This document shows, one piece after another, positions 24,773-37,032 of a DNA stretch of 64,000 bases. Both the position numbers and the translations under genes were made by a program. Where the stretch lies: the NCBI GenBank assembly GCA_965603825.1, contig CBFDEM010000002.1, forward strand, positions 62,001 to 126,000, given 5' to 3'. The stretch comes from Blepharisma stoltei ATCC 30299. Lineage: Eukaryota > Protista > Ciliophora. The notes beneath the pieces are model-generated. The model saw nothing but the letters and a program-made list of their open reading frames with translations, had not been told where the DNA came from and did no database searches. Numbering within the stretch: position 1 is the stretch's first letter; each line of letters opens with the position of its first letter.

Positions 24773-25375
24773 ATGAGTGATAAAGGACGCAGTTTCATAT
24801 CAAAAGATACCGATTTTGCAGCTCATAGCTCTCATTCTATAGGTTTCATACCTAAAGTTAGGAAATTTTCAGAAAGTACATCATCTATAAAAATTGACGA
24901 AAACAAATTTCATAAGACTCAAACACTACCAACAGAGAAAAAAAGATACAAAAAGTCCAAAAATAAATTAATAGACGAGCTAAATGAACTAAAATTGCTT
25001 CCATTATATGGTCAAGCCCTTGAAGAAGCTATTCGGCTAGAAAAAGAGCTCGCACAGGGCAAAACAGTTGACATAACATTTAGCATGCACTATAACACAG
25101 CGTTTGGAGAAAGAATGATCATTCTAGGAGGCCACGAAGTCATGGGAAATTGAAGGTCCGACAGAGCTTTAGATCTTGAATGGACAAATGGGAATATTTG
25201 GAAAGCAACTATAAGCCTAAGCCAGAAGTCAAAAGATATAGAATACAAATACGCAATTGTGAAAGGAAATCTCGTGAAATGGGAAGGAGGTGATAACAGG
25301 ATTCTGAGGCCAAGTGAAGCTATACAATCTGGGAATAGGCTACTGCTTAATAAGTTCGATATTTGGAGAAGATAA
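24773..25375 (+). CDS. CBM20 (starch/glycogen-binding) domain protein, copy 1
   Basis: TAFGERMIILGGHEVMGN(W)..ALDLEWTNGNIW..IEYKYAI..KWEGGDNR; 200 aa with one TGA. Confidence 0.85.
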
Positions 25376-26489
25376 TTAAATCTAACTTTGGAATGCTTTA
25401 ATTCTATGTAAAATTTATACTTTTTGAGTATATATAATGGTAAGATCTGAGTCCCATTCTGTCTGGATTAATTTTTTTTTTATTTTATAATTTCCATTAA
25501 CCCAATCTAAAGTTATAACTAATTTTATTTAAATTACTTAAATAATGTTTTATAAATGAGAAATCTTGGACTCAGCAAAAACTGAAGATATGCCAAAAGG
25601 AAGAATTAACTAAATAAATCTATATTACAATCGCTTCAATTTTCCTTTGGAATCTCTAGGATTTAAATAAATATTTATTACCAAGACTAAAGAATTAACA
25701 TAAATAACTCAGAAAACAAAAATTTTCACTTTAGGCTCAACTGAAATACACAATATAATTGGAAACTGGCTCTAATCTGACCTAGTGTCCCCTTCAGATT
25801 TAACATTTTTTGCGTTCATGCAAAGCTGTTTGATATATTTTAAACTTCTATGCAGAAGAGAGATCATAAGGACTCGGAAACTGCTTAATAGTCATAATAC
25901 CCTTGCTTTACTTATCATTTGAAATTAAACTTTAGAAATCTGCGTATGATGGAATTTCTCAAATTTAAAAATGAATATCCACTTATATTCTGCACAGAAT
26001 AAAAATATTTATGATGATTAGTTCAAGGTCGAGCTATAGTAGTGCTCAGATATTTCATCTAAATTAATATATGCTGGATAGATAAGCTTGATTATAAACT
26101 TTTAAGTTCCTTGATTTAAAAGAAATGACTATAAATTTCCATATCGACATATGGCAGAAAATCCAATAGATGATTATAGCCAAAAAATTAAAAGAAAATA
26201 GTTGAGAAATAAAGGAAATTAATGCAAACTTGGCAATGCTGAAAACATTTATACTTATAATATTCGCAGACAGCATCCTCATTTATCTATAATGATCCAT
26301 ATAAATCTACTTTATGCTAATTCACATATATGAACAGAAAAAAGTGAAAATGGCTTTACAAAGAATTCCAAGACCTAATTAAAATTTTTATGTCTATAAA
26401 CTATAACTAAATTCCCCACAATTAACTTGCTTATTTAATTCAGCAATTATTATAGCATTTGCATTTTTTTGTATATATATTCCATATTT

Positions 26490-27881
26490 ATGAGTCTACC
26501 GGGCCCTGTTGAGAGAGCTCTCGAAAGAATCGGGTGGGGAAAATACCAAACCCGTCTCTACTTTAATTGCCTTGCTGTAATTTCTACAAAGGGTGTAACA
26601 ACGTCCATGATTTGGACAGAAACGACTTCAATAATGATGTACAAAAGCAAAGATCTTGAAGGAATTTTGAAAACTCTTGTTCCGATGTCACTTAATCTTG
26701 GGACTTTATTAGGCTGCTATTTATTTTCATATCTCATTGGATATCTTGGTCGAGCTCCTGTATATAGAAATACAATAATTGTGACTGCACTAGGAGGAAT
26801 GATTATTAGCATTTTCCCATATGAATATGTTATACTTATTGGCTTGCTTATTATAGGCTTTGGAATTGGTGGAGACATGACGCTATCGTCTACTGTGCTA
26901 ATGGAAAGCATTCCTCCTAGCAATATGAGGGTTATAACGATGCTGAATATTGGTTATAGCTTTGGCACAGGACTTGCTATAGGAGTAGCGATTATTATTG
27001 AAGCTGTTTATTTTGCGTCTGTTCCTGACTGGGTAATTTTGATATGAATGGGAACACTTTTTAGTGGGATTTTAATATGATTGAGAAAAGGAATTTTAGA
27101 AAGTCCTATGTATTTACATTCAAAAGGAGATTTAAGGCTAGAAGCAGTGATGCAGCAGATTGCTAAAATTAATGGGAAAAATCATACAAATGTCAGTCTT
27201 GATGAGTCAAGAAAACCTGAAGGAGAAGTCCATGTGGAACGAGAAAAAAATTTAATTAGTGTATTTAAAAGACCATATATCACTGCTACCCTCGTTCAAA
27301 GTATCCAATACCTCACTTGCAATTTTGCTTATTTCGGGATGATCTTATTTATGCCAATGATTTTGCCTGAAACTTCTACCTTGGAGTCTTATACTGTCAT
27401 TTTAATCCAACAATTATGTAAATATTATACAGGTGGGATGGCTGGCTGTGGTCTAGCTGCATATATGATTTACACACCACTAGGAAGAAGAGGAACAGAA
27501 ACATTAGGATTTATTTTAGCAGGATTCTGTATGTACCCGTTTATGGCCTCTGACAAATTGTGAATTGTAATTCCTATTTAGATATACACATTTTCATGCT
27601 TAATTTCATGTTTTTTGATGATTGGGTCCTCCACAATGTACACACATTCTCAAGAATTGTATCCGACACATATTAGAGGAATTGGAGTAGGGTGACTTAC
27701 AGGGATGTGCTTGATGACGTCTGTTATCACGCCTCCGATCATAGGAATCTTACAAGAACTTGTAGGGAATTTTCTAGTCTTGGGGTTATGTGGGGCCTGC
27801 TTCTTTATAGCAGGATCATTGTCATATTTATTGCCAGAAACTCTCAGTGCAAGAGAAGTGTACATTGAAAATAACATTTAA
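26490..27881 (+). CDS. MFS transporter (SVOP/sugar-porter-like)
   Basis: IGWGKYQ, YLGRAP, LMESIP, ILESP, LGRR, ELYPTHIRGIGVG, LPET; TGA=Trp and three 15-nt introns. Confidence 0.85.
26577..26591 (+). other. 15-nt intron (in frame, no stop)
   Basis: GTAATTTCTACAAAG; matches consensus with A at -6. Confidence 0.6.
27418..27432 (+). other. 15-nt intron (in frame, no stop)
   Basis: GTAAATATTATACAG; matches consensus with A at -6. Confidence 0.7.
27567..27581 (+). other. 15-nt intron
   Basis: GTAATTCCTATTTAG; removes an in-frame TAG. Confidence 0.88.
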
Positions 27882-28399
27882 TTAGAATATTGAAAATAGC
27901 TCATTAAAATAAATAAATAAAGAAGGTCTTAGAAATATTAGGAAGATTATTAATTTATTCCAGAAGCGTAGTATTTTGGATTTTTTTTCTATTTAGATTT
28001 AAAAATAGCTTAATTACTAACTAATTATATTACGGGAATCTCTCCCCAAATTTTATCCATGATGCCCTTTTCCATTTACCTGTGCTTATTTTCATAGCAT
28101 AATATGGAATTCTCTTTGCTACAGCACTGATCTATTGAATTTAAATAATTAATGTGCGATAGTGTCTTTAAAAAGTTTTTTTTCTGCCACTAGCATTGAC
28201 AAATAGATTATTTATAAAGATTCTATGCTGATCATAAATTCATTTTTTTAACCCTCTAGAGAAGTTTTATTGAAGAATTACCCTTGGAAGCACAAGAAAG
28301 CCCTTAATTATTTAAGCATAATTAAATAAGTTAACAATCTCACCCTAGGCCTTCAAGTTGGGCACTCCTAACCTTTAATTTAAATTGACACAAATAAAT

Positions 28400-30031
28400 A
28401 TGGCTAGCCCAAATAGAGAAGATTTAGTCCTCAAATGTATCGATGGTAAATACAAAGGCCGATTCATCTATGTGAACCCGAATGTAAACTAAAATTAGTC
28501 AGAAGGCGAAAAATTTGGGTCAGGAAATCCAGAGGTCGATGGCTTAACCATTTCTATAGAAAATGTTGGGCTTGATACCCGACATGCCAAAATTGAATAC
28601 AGCAATGGCCACTACTACCTAACTGACTTAGGCAGCTCAAGCGGAACTTGAATAAAAATCCCACAAGATCCAGAAGTATCAGAAGTCCTTGACCTCGGAA
28701 AAATCATAAAATTAGGCAATATTGATCTTGAAGTCACTGAAGGAAAAGAAGTAAATTTATCTGATAACTGGGCAGATATGTTTAAACATGAATATTTATT
28801 ATTAAAATCAATAGGAGAATTTACACTTGACGATTTTTTGAATATTAATATACAGGTTCTTGATATGAGTAAAGAAAATAAACAGGATTTAGGAAATGCA
28901 CAAAAATCTTTAATAAAGTGGCCGAAGAAATTAAGATCGGTTAGACTGTCTTCAAATATGCTTACAATTGAAATTGGCTGAAAACCGGTAATTATTGGAA
29001 GCTCGTCTGAGTGTGATGTAGTTATTCCTACATTGGATGACCAATTGGTAAAGATATACTATGAAGACAATAAATATTGGATGACAAATCTCAGCGAAAA
29101 AGCCTCTTCAGCTTTTAGAAAGCTAAAAGAAGGAGAAAAATATTTGATTAGACCTGGAATAAATTTTAAAATTGGAGAAGTTGAGTTTAGCACCTCACGG
29201 TTTAATGTTGGGTATTGAAGTGAAGTAGGCTTAAGACCGACAATGGAAGATGCTCATCAAATTATTGATAATTTGTTTATAGATAATGAAAAAACATTAT
29301 CATATTATGCAGTATACGATGGCCATGGCGGATCAATATGCTCTGAGTTTTTAAAAAATAATCTTCACAAAATTATCAAAAAAAAAATAAAAAATTATGA
29401 AATCGAGCATTGGCCAAGACAAATTGCTAGATCTTGTATAGAATGCGACCAGCTTTTTTACGAAACTTATAAAGCTCAAGCAAACTCTGTAGGCTCCACA
29501 GCAGTAATTTCGATAATTTTGGGAAACCGCATAATAGTTTGTAATATAGGAGATAGCAGAGCAGTTTTATCAAGAAATGGAGCTCCAATACAGCTTTCTA
29601 GAGATCATAAACCAACTCTGCCAGATGAATCGAAAAGAATTGAAGAAAACGGTGGAAATGTGATTTTTGGAAGAGTTCAAGGCAAATTAGCAGTTTCAAG
29701 AGCCTTTGGAGACTTTGAATTTAAAGAAAATCAATGTTTAGAAGACGAAGAACTGATTGGAGAGCTTGTAATTGCAGAGCCTGAAATTGAAATAGTAGAA
29801 ATAAATAAAGAAATCGATGAATTTATAGTTTTAGGATGTGATGGACTATTCGAAGCCTTTTCCAACGACGACCTAATTTCCCAAATCCGTCAAAAAATAA
29901 GAAAAATGTTTCCATTCGAGCAAGACCCTCAATTTATCATCAAAGATATTGTAAAACAAGCAGTAACTGATGGCTTAACAAGCGATAACGTTTCCGCAAT
30001 ATTAATTTTACTTTCGGGTGGAATTCAATAA
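28400..30031 (+). CDS. FHA-domain PP2C protein phosphatase
   Basis: RHAKIEY..YLTDLGSSSGT(W) FHA and a second FHA-like region; RPTMED, YDGHGG, NIGDSRAVL, DHKP, LAVSRAFGD, GCDGL, SDNVS; intron 28484-28498. Confidence 0.87.
28484..28498 (+). other. 15-nt intron
   Basis: GTAAACTAAAATTAG; removes in-frame stops. Confidence 0.85.
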
Positions 30032-30048
30032 TATTCCTTATTTAATAC

Positions 30049-33000
30049 CTAATTCTTTTTTTTCATCTTTTTCTTAGGAATTTCTTCTTCAGAGGACCCC
30101 GAATAAGACCCAGAATCAGAATCAGAACCAGAAACAGATTTTTCATACTTTGTCAAGTATTTTTTTACTGCCACACCTTGGTTCGAAATATTTTTCTTTG
30201 AGTAGTTTTCTTCGTCTTCGTCATACTGTTCGTCATAATCACTTTCTCCTAATGATCCTTCAATTAGTCCTGATATTTCTGTTAGCGCGACTCCTAGCAA
30301 ATTGGTATAACCTTGTTCTTGGAAGGTCTGGATTGTATAAGGATTAGGCAATAGCTCATCATTAAATATTTTAAGGGATTCGCCTTCTGCTATAAATTTC
30401 TCTATATCTTTTATAAGCTCTTTACTCTTAAAATCAAAGTGTTGGGGAATTATATCAGCGAATTCTTGGGGAGGATTTTTTATAACATCTATTATAGCGT
30501 AGCACAAATTGTTGTACCTGATAATGGCTTGGGCAGTTTTTCATTTCTCTAGTAATTGTTCATCAGAGGTGTCTATGGAATAATTTGTTTTAAATAATTC
30601 TTGGATTTCTAAGAGAAGGTCTAAGATATGGCAGTCTGAGCTTCATTTCCCAGTTAACAAAGGAACCACAACTTCTCCTGACTCAGTCAAATTTTCATGG
30701 AATTTTACCTTACATCGGCCATTTGTAACTAAAATTACTTGAGGAGGTGCGTCAGGATAGCTGCTGGTACATACAATGTCAAATAAATACAGACCACTTG
30801 TGTAGTCAGTTCCTGCTGGCCCTGATACTAAAACTCTCAATAAATCCCATCGTTCATTATCAGACACTACAAAAATAGAATTATTTCCTACACATGGCAG
30901 CTTTTGTGTCAGTAAATCTTTTTCTTCTTGAAATCTTGCTTTTACATTATTAAAATGCCCTATTGGTGCCAGATATCTAAACAAGCTATGTCTAAACCCT
31001 CCAGCCTCAAACAGATCTTGATGCCCATAGCTATAAGCTGACAAACTCCTTGTATAAGGCTCTTCTGCGTTTTCATCAGGTATTTCAAGCATTTCATATA
31101 CAACCCTTGGTTCCCCTAATACCTCCAGCTTATCAATTTCAGTCAAAATCTCATTCCTCACCTTTACCAACAAATTATAAAACCCATGCTTTTTAAACAT
31201 ACTAATTGTCTTTGGGTTATGGTCTTTTACCAAATAATCCTCTTCTTTGTTCGTAATTTTCATTTTAAACGATTTCGCATCCTCAACCCACGCGTCCAAA
31301 GTCTTCATAATTGCGTTTCTTTTTAACGAAAAATGCCTCCATACGATTTCTTTGAATTCTTCAGGTGGGTGCTTTATGGTCTCCAAAATGGCATATTTCG
31401 CGTTATTATATTTCACAATGTTGCAATATGCTACATTTTCAGGAGAATTTACGTCAAGGTGCTCAAATTCAGGCTCTTTTTGGATGACCATGTTGTCCAT
31501 GACAAGGACTTGGATTGACAAGAGGACTTGTAAAATATTGCTGTGGCCTGGATTTCACCTTTCACTAGGATCACCGTCCCATGTATTTATGATAGACAAA
31601 CAGACGTAACCGTCGTCATAGAGATTTGGGTTAAATCTGACTGTCCCTTTGGCAGTTGTAGCTATTCGCATTGCTGGAGGTTTTTTCGGGTAGTTCCCAG
31701 GACATGCTATATGGAATTCATAAAGACCATGGGCGTAAGGGGTGTCTTCGGTACCAGAAATTAAAGCTTTCATTAAGTCCATCCTTTCTGTGTCCATAAC
31801 TACAAAAACTGCACCAGTAGGCTCACAAGGAAGGTGCTGGGATAGGACTTTTATTTCTTTTGAGTACCGGTTTAGGCTGCTCGCCATTTCTTCTTTGCCG
31901 CCTAGTTGGTCTAGGCATACGTGATTTCCTGAGTTAAAAATATCATAGGTGTTAAATCTCAAATCTTTGAGGGTTTGGTAATAGAGGCTGCTGCTTTCAG
32001 GGGGCTGAGGATCATTTTGAGAGGCTTCACGCAAAAGAATAGGCTGCTTGGACTCTTCATAGTCTTCACTATAACTGGAATTTTTACTATAGTCGTCACA
32101 TGGGTCAAAATCAGGCAAAGAGTCAAGTAGCGTGCTAATTTCTGGTAAAATTTCTTGTAAACAAGCTCCGAAGCCTTTTTGTGTGAAAAGGTTGGTAATT
32201 GCTGGATTATGCACAGAAACAAGCAGTGTTTTATTATAATCAATCCTATCATTTTTTGCTTCCTCAATCCACTTATTGATCATATGCTTTATGTTACCTC
32301 TATTCATCCTAAAAAATCTTGATACAAAATGCTCATAATTATTTTCCTTTAATTTTCTCAAAGGTTCCAAAATTCCCCATCTCGCATTTGCATATTTAAT
32401 AACGTTTGAATAGGCAACGTTTTCATCAGAATCTATCAGCATGTCTTCAAATTCTGCTTGTTTTTGAACAATTGCATAGTCAAGTATTAAAGCTTGGATA
32501 GTAATTAAAAGCTGATAAAGATTGCTGTTTGCTGGATCCCAACAGATTTCTGTATTGCCATCACAATTGTTGAGCAGATGGCAATGGACGATCCCGTTTT
32601 CCGCAAAACATGGGCTCAATCTTACTTCTTTGTGCCCTGTCGATATACCGATTGTTGGTGGAGCTTGTGGATAGTTTTCAGATAGAAGTATATCAAATAT
32701 ATAAAGACCGTAGGAGTAAGGAGTATTGACTGGGCCTGATATTAAGGCTTTTAATAAGCTCATTCGGTCTGGGTCTTGGGCAATGAAAATCGCTTGTGAA
32801 GAGTGGCAAGGAAGATTTTTCCCTAAAAATGGCATTTCTTTGTCAAGCTGGCTGGTGATTATTGGCTTACTCCCTGCAGTATCAGCATATAAATGGTCTT
32901 CTAAACCAAAATAGCCTGCTTTAATATGATCAAGAAGGTTTTTAGGGTCATATTCAGAGATAGCAGCTTGCTCTTGAGTTTCTTCAGGTTGAACGATCAA

Positions 33001-33168
33001 AGGATTATATTTTTTGGCAAAGTTTTTAGGAGTTTCATCCTTTTTGTCATATTTCTGCTCTTCAGCACTATCATCGCTGAGACTTGATTCTGAATCGCCA
33101 GATTTCGATGAGTTGGAAGCTGAAATTTGCTTTTTAGGATAAGCTTTCTTGTCCTTTTTTTCCTCCAT
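30049..33168 (-). CDS. Large E2 with three tandem BIRC6/UBE2O/UBE2Z-type UBC domains
   Basis: One 1039-aa frame with TGA=Trp; three repeats of LPC...R..L..L.SG..T.Y..GLY.F.I...YP..PP; middle domain has RFNPNLYDDGYVCLSIINTW. Confidence 0.88.
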
Positions 33169-33243
33169 CTCTAATGTATTAATTGGCAGATCTGATTATC
33201 ATTTAATTTAGAATAAATTTTATTATTGATATATTACATATGT

Positions 33244-33981
33244 CTATTTCAAAGAAATCATATAGACTTCATCACATAGAAATGGATCTTCTGTCCATAA
33301 AAACTCAGCTGGAGCTTCTTCGTGATAGCTGTTCATATTTAAAATATATGGATTTGAAATATGATGTCCAGTAATGATAAGTTCATTATCTACAAGCGGC
33401 ATAAAGTCTGCAAAGCTGTCAGAATTTTGGATTTTTTCTTCACGTTTTATGCTGTTTTCATCTAAATTTGTGGAGACTTCATTGTCTTGTATTTTTTCAG
33501 TCATTTTTTTAAGAGACCCTAATATTTTTGCTGATAAAAATTTGTTGTGCTGTTTTATATCATCTCGTGTTCCATCATATCCTTTTATTTTGCGAAATCT
33601 TTTTCGCAGAGTAGAATAAAAATGATTTTTTATGGAATTATCAGTCCTCCCTTGCAGGATTTTTGAAATTTCTGCCCATTTGTTTCCAAGTTTTTCATGG
33701 CTTTCAAAAAGACAAAGCTCTTCTTCTAAGCTCCAATTGTCTTTGTTAATCCCAGGATTAAGGTGATTATGCCACCTTTCTCTGCATTGTTTTCCTGTTC
33801 TTTGGGTATTGAATTGCTCGCTGAGTTTTTCAGATATCACTGTTCATTGCTTTATACCATTTTCTTTGACTAGCCTGCGGATAGCTTCATCTTCTTGAGA
33901 AGTTCAGGATCTGCGCTTTGTGTAGCTGTCTTTTGATGATTTTATGGAAAATTTTGATTTTTTAGTCGTTTTTTGCCGCAT
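33244..33981 (-). CDS. R2R3-type Myb transcription factor
   Basis: RRS(W)TSQEDEAIRRLVKENGIKQ(W)TVI..RTGKQCRERWHNHL..WSLEEE..GNKWAEI..GRTDNSIKNHF. Confidence 0.92.
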
Positions 33982-34438
33982 GATGAATTTTTTTTATTAA
34001 ATCTGTTTTGTTGAAATTTAAATTAGTTTGTTAGGAATTATAATAATTTAATATGACCTTATTCAAAAGATTTTATTTGAAATAATTTTTATTATTTAAT
34101 CAAAATATAAAGATTTATAAGAATTTCTCCTTAATTAATTGTTCATCAATATTTATAAGCATATCAGAATTTGAATTTATTAGTCTCTCTTTGAGATTTA
34201 TTAATCTTTTGAATTAACTATATTATTTAAATGGTATCAGAATATCATTTTATTTGATTTTTCATTTTATATTATCTAAAATTAGTTATTGAATTCTTAT
34301 ATCTAAAGAAAAAATATTTTTATTTCTATAGTATTTCCAATATTCCTAGATTAAGAAATCTAAATATAATGCTAATTGTATAGATTGTTTAAATTAAGAT
34401 CCCCCTCTTATTATTTATTATTTACTAACCAATCAGCT

Positions 34439-34846
34439 ATGATGAATTTAGAAGGTAATTTCCAATTCCTCTGCCCTATTTGTGAAATGCCATACCCCTC
34501 TCAAGCTGATGTAATGACCCACATGAAATTCCACGGAGGCCAAGAATACCTCTGTGTTGTCTGTGACAGATATTTTGAAGGCAAACATGAGCTTTCTCAT
34601 CATTTGAGAATCCACCCTGCCTGTTTTTATTGCAAAACAAAAGTATTTGACCATAACGAATATGCAAAGCATACCCTAGAGCACCACCTTGACCTTATAA
34701 TGCAAGACGGAAGAGTATGCTTTGATACCAATTATACAGGGAAAAAAAAGACTAGGTGTAGGATCTGTGCAAGAGTTTTTCCTCATAGGCTTTATGCTTT
34801 GCTTCATGCCAGATTTGCTCATATGCTGGCAGCCAGACTAATTTAA
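34439..34846 (+). CDS. C2H2 zinc-finger protein (4 fingers)
   Basis: CPIC..H..H, CVVC..H..H, CFYC..H..H, CRIC..H..H. Confidence 0.85.
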   Translation: MMNLEGNFQFLCPICEMPYPSQADVMTHMKFHGGQEYLCVVCDRYFEGKHELSHHLRIHPACFYCKTKVFDHNEYAKHTLEHHLDLIMQDGRVCFDTNYTGKKKTRCRICARVFPHRLYALLHARFAHMLAARLI

Positions 34847-34913
34847 TTTTTATAAATGCTCTATCAGTATATCATTATACTTTTTATGCCATTTTAATAA
34901 ATACAATGATAAG

Positions 34914-36074
34914 ATGCTAAAAGCTAGTCACAGAGTATTCTTAGCAGCAGGCAAAAGAACTCCATTCGGTTTTTTTGTTGGCACTTTTGCTAAAATTCCT
35001 GCACCTATCCTCTGTGCGCACTCAATTCTTGGAGTCTTTTCAAGTACAAAAATAAAGCCTCATGAAATCAGTTCTGCAATCTATGGCTGTGGAATCCAAT
35101 CAGGCCTCGGCCACAACCCTACCAAGCAAGCTTTACTAGCCGCAAATCTGCCTGACGACATTCCCTGCACCACAATTAATCAAGGCCACTGCTCAGGCTC
35201 CAAAAGTGTAATTTTAGCTTACCAAGAAATCGCGCTAGGGCACTCAGACATAGTCTTATGTGGCGGCTATGACTCAGTCTCCTTATCTCCTTTTAACATC
35301 AAAAAAGGCCGAAATCCTACGACAGGTGATATTCTTGCTGAAGACTGCTATATAAAAGATGGCCTACACAACCCCTTTTATAACACCCACGCCGGCATCA
35401 TTTTAGAGCGGACCAATTTAGAATTAACCATCCCATTAATAGACCAAGATATACAAGCCAAAAATCAATACAAAAAGCGAGACATCGCCTATGCCAGAAA
35501 TTACCATGAAAAAGAAATTTTCCCATTTGGCAATGAAAATACAGACGAGCTATATGGCAAGGTAACACAAAAGGATAATTTTTCCAAGCCGCTTTATTAT
35601 AAACAAGGGACTGTTAATGCTTACACAGCAGCTACCCCAGGTGATGGCGCATGCTCTCTATTATTAGTTTCAGAAGAAAAGCTGAAAAGCCTTGAACTTA
35701 CCCCTATCGCCGAAATAGTAAAAACAGCAGAAATCGCCATAAGCTCCAATGCATTCCCTAAAGCAAATTCCGAAGTGGCCAAAAAAGTCCTTTACAAGCT
35801 AGGATGGACCTTTCGACAAGTAAACCTATGGGAAGTAAACGATTATTATTCAGGCTTAGACCTAGCTTTTGCCAAATATTCAGGCGTATTAGAAGAATTA
35901 ATAAATATCAATGGCAGCACTTTAGCAATTGGAGACCCTATGGCTGCGTCAAGTGCTCGGCAGGTGCTAAGTTTAAGCTTAGCTTTAAAAGAAAGAAGCC
36001 TCAAAAAAGGAGTCGCAGTCTCTTGTGAAATCACGGGAGGGGCCACCGCTATTGCGATACAAGTAGTAGATTAA
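34914..36074 (+). CDS. Thiolase-fold (acetyl-CoA acetyltransferase-like) protein, probably catalytically impaired
   Basis: KRTPFG, TTIN..HCSG, GDGACSLLL, WEVNDYY, NINGSTLAIGDPMAAS. Confidence 0.85.
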   Translation: MLKASHRVFLAAGKRTPFGFFVGTFAKIPAPILCAHSILGVFSSTKIKPHEISSAIYGCGIQSGLGHNPTKQALLAANLPDDIPCTTINQGHCSGSKSVILAYQEIALGHSDIVLCGGYDSVSLSPFNIKKGRNPTTGDILAEDCYIKDGLHNPFYNTHAGIILERTNLELTIPLIDQDIQAKNQYKKRDIAYARNYHEKEIFPFGNENTDELYGKVTQKDNFSKPLYYKQGTVNAYTAATPGDGACSLLLVSEEKLKSLELTPIAEIVKTAEIAISSNAFPKANSEVAKKVLYKLGWTFRQVNLWEVNDYYSGLDLAFAKYSGVLEELININGSTLAIGDPMAASSARQVLSLSLALKERSLKKGVAVSCEITGGATAIAIQVVD

Positions 36075-36080
36075 TTAATT

Positions 36081-36914
36081 ATGGAAAATTCATCAGTTTT
36101 CTTACGTGAAGAATACGCCCAAAGGGAGTTCTGGAATAATAGGTTTAGGGACTATAAAAGTCCGTTTGACTGATATGTAAGCTGAAAAGAGCTCAGACCA
36201 ATACTGAATTCGAATGTCCCAGCAGAATCTATTGCAAATGTCCTTATGGTAGGATGCGGGAACTCTACGTTGAGCGGAGATATGGGCGGAAATGGCTACA
36301 ATGTCACGAATATTGACATTTCAGATGTAGTAATTGACCAGATGAAGGACAAAACTGGTCAAGATTATTTGCTGATGGACGCGACTAAGACTTTTTTTAA
36401 GGACCAGGCCTTTGACTTTGTGCTGGACAAAGGCACGTTTGACGCTTTAGCATGCCAAGCAGGCTCAGAGCTGCCGTCTGCACTTGTGAGAGAAATGGGG
36501 AGAATTGCGAAAAAAGTGATTATGATTATTACACATGGAAAAAAAGCAGCCAGATCACCTGTTTTTAATGGAGCTTTGGAGGAGTTTGGGGAATGGAAAG
36601 AAGAAGTGATTAAATGTGAACTGTCATTTCAGGCACAGTTTATTAATATTATTAGGTCAATGTATCCAGGGGATTCTTTAAGCAAAGTTATGAAGGATCC
36701 TGAAAAACTTGCAGCCTGCATAAAACAGTTAGCGGAGTATAAGAAATCGAAGGTTACGGAAGAAAATCCATTAAGGCAGACTTTTTGCTGGGTTTATATT
36801 TATAGTAAGTTAGAGGGCCAAAATGAAGCTCAGAAAGAAGAAAATGAAGAGGAAGAAATTCCAGACAAGGAAGAAGAAAATTCAGAAGCAGCAGAAGCTA
36901 AAGGAGCAAACTAA
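36081..36914 (+). CDS. EEF1AKMT4/METTL13-N-like SAM-dependent methyltransferase
   Basis: FWNNRF..FD(W)Y, LMVGCGNS, NIDISDVVI, FDFVLDKGTFDAL; ATG 36081 reached with two TGA=Trp. Confidence 0.85.
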
Positions 36915-37032
36915 ATAAAAAATGATCAACCCAAAAAAAATTAAAATTCTCCCTATATGTTTTTTTAAAAATGATAAAATATACTTTTTTATCCAGCTAG
37001 AATATGAAAACCAATTAATTTGTATTAAAACA

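Noticed and set aside
23340-26480. Gene-poor patch as a transposon or retained IES
   Set aside because: No terminal repeats or transposase motifs seen; only short stop-interrupted frames around the CBM20 copy
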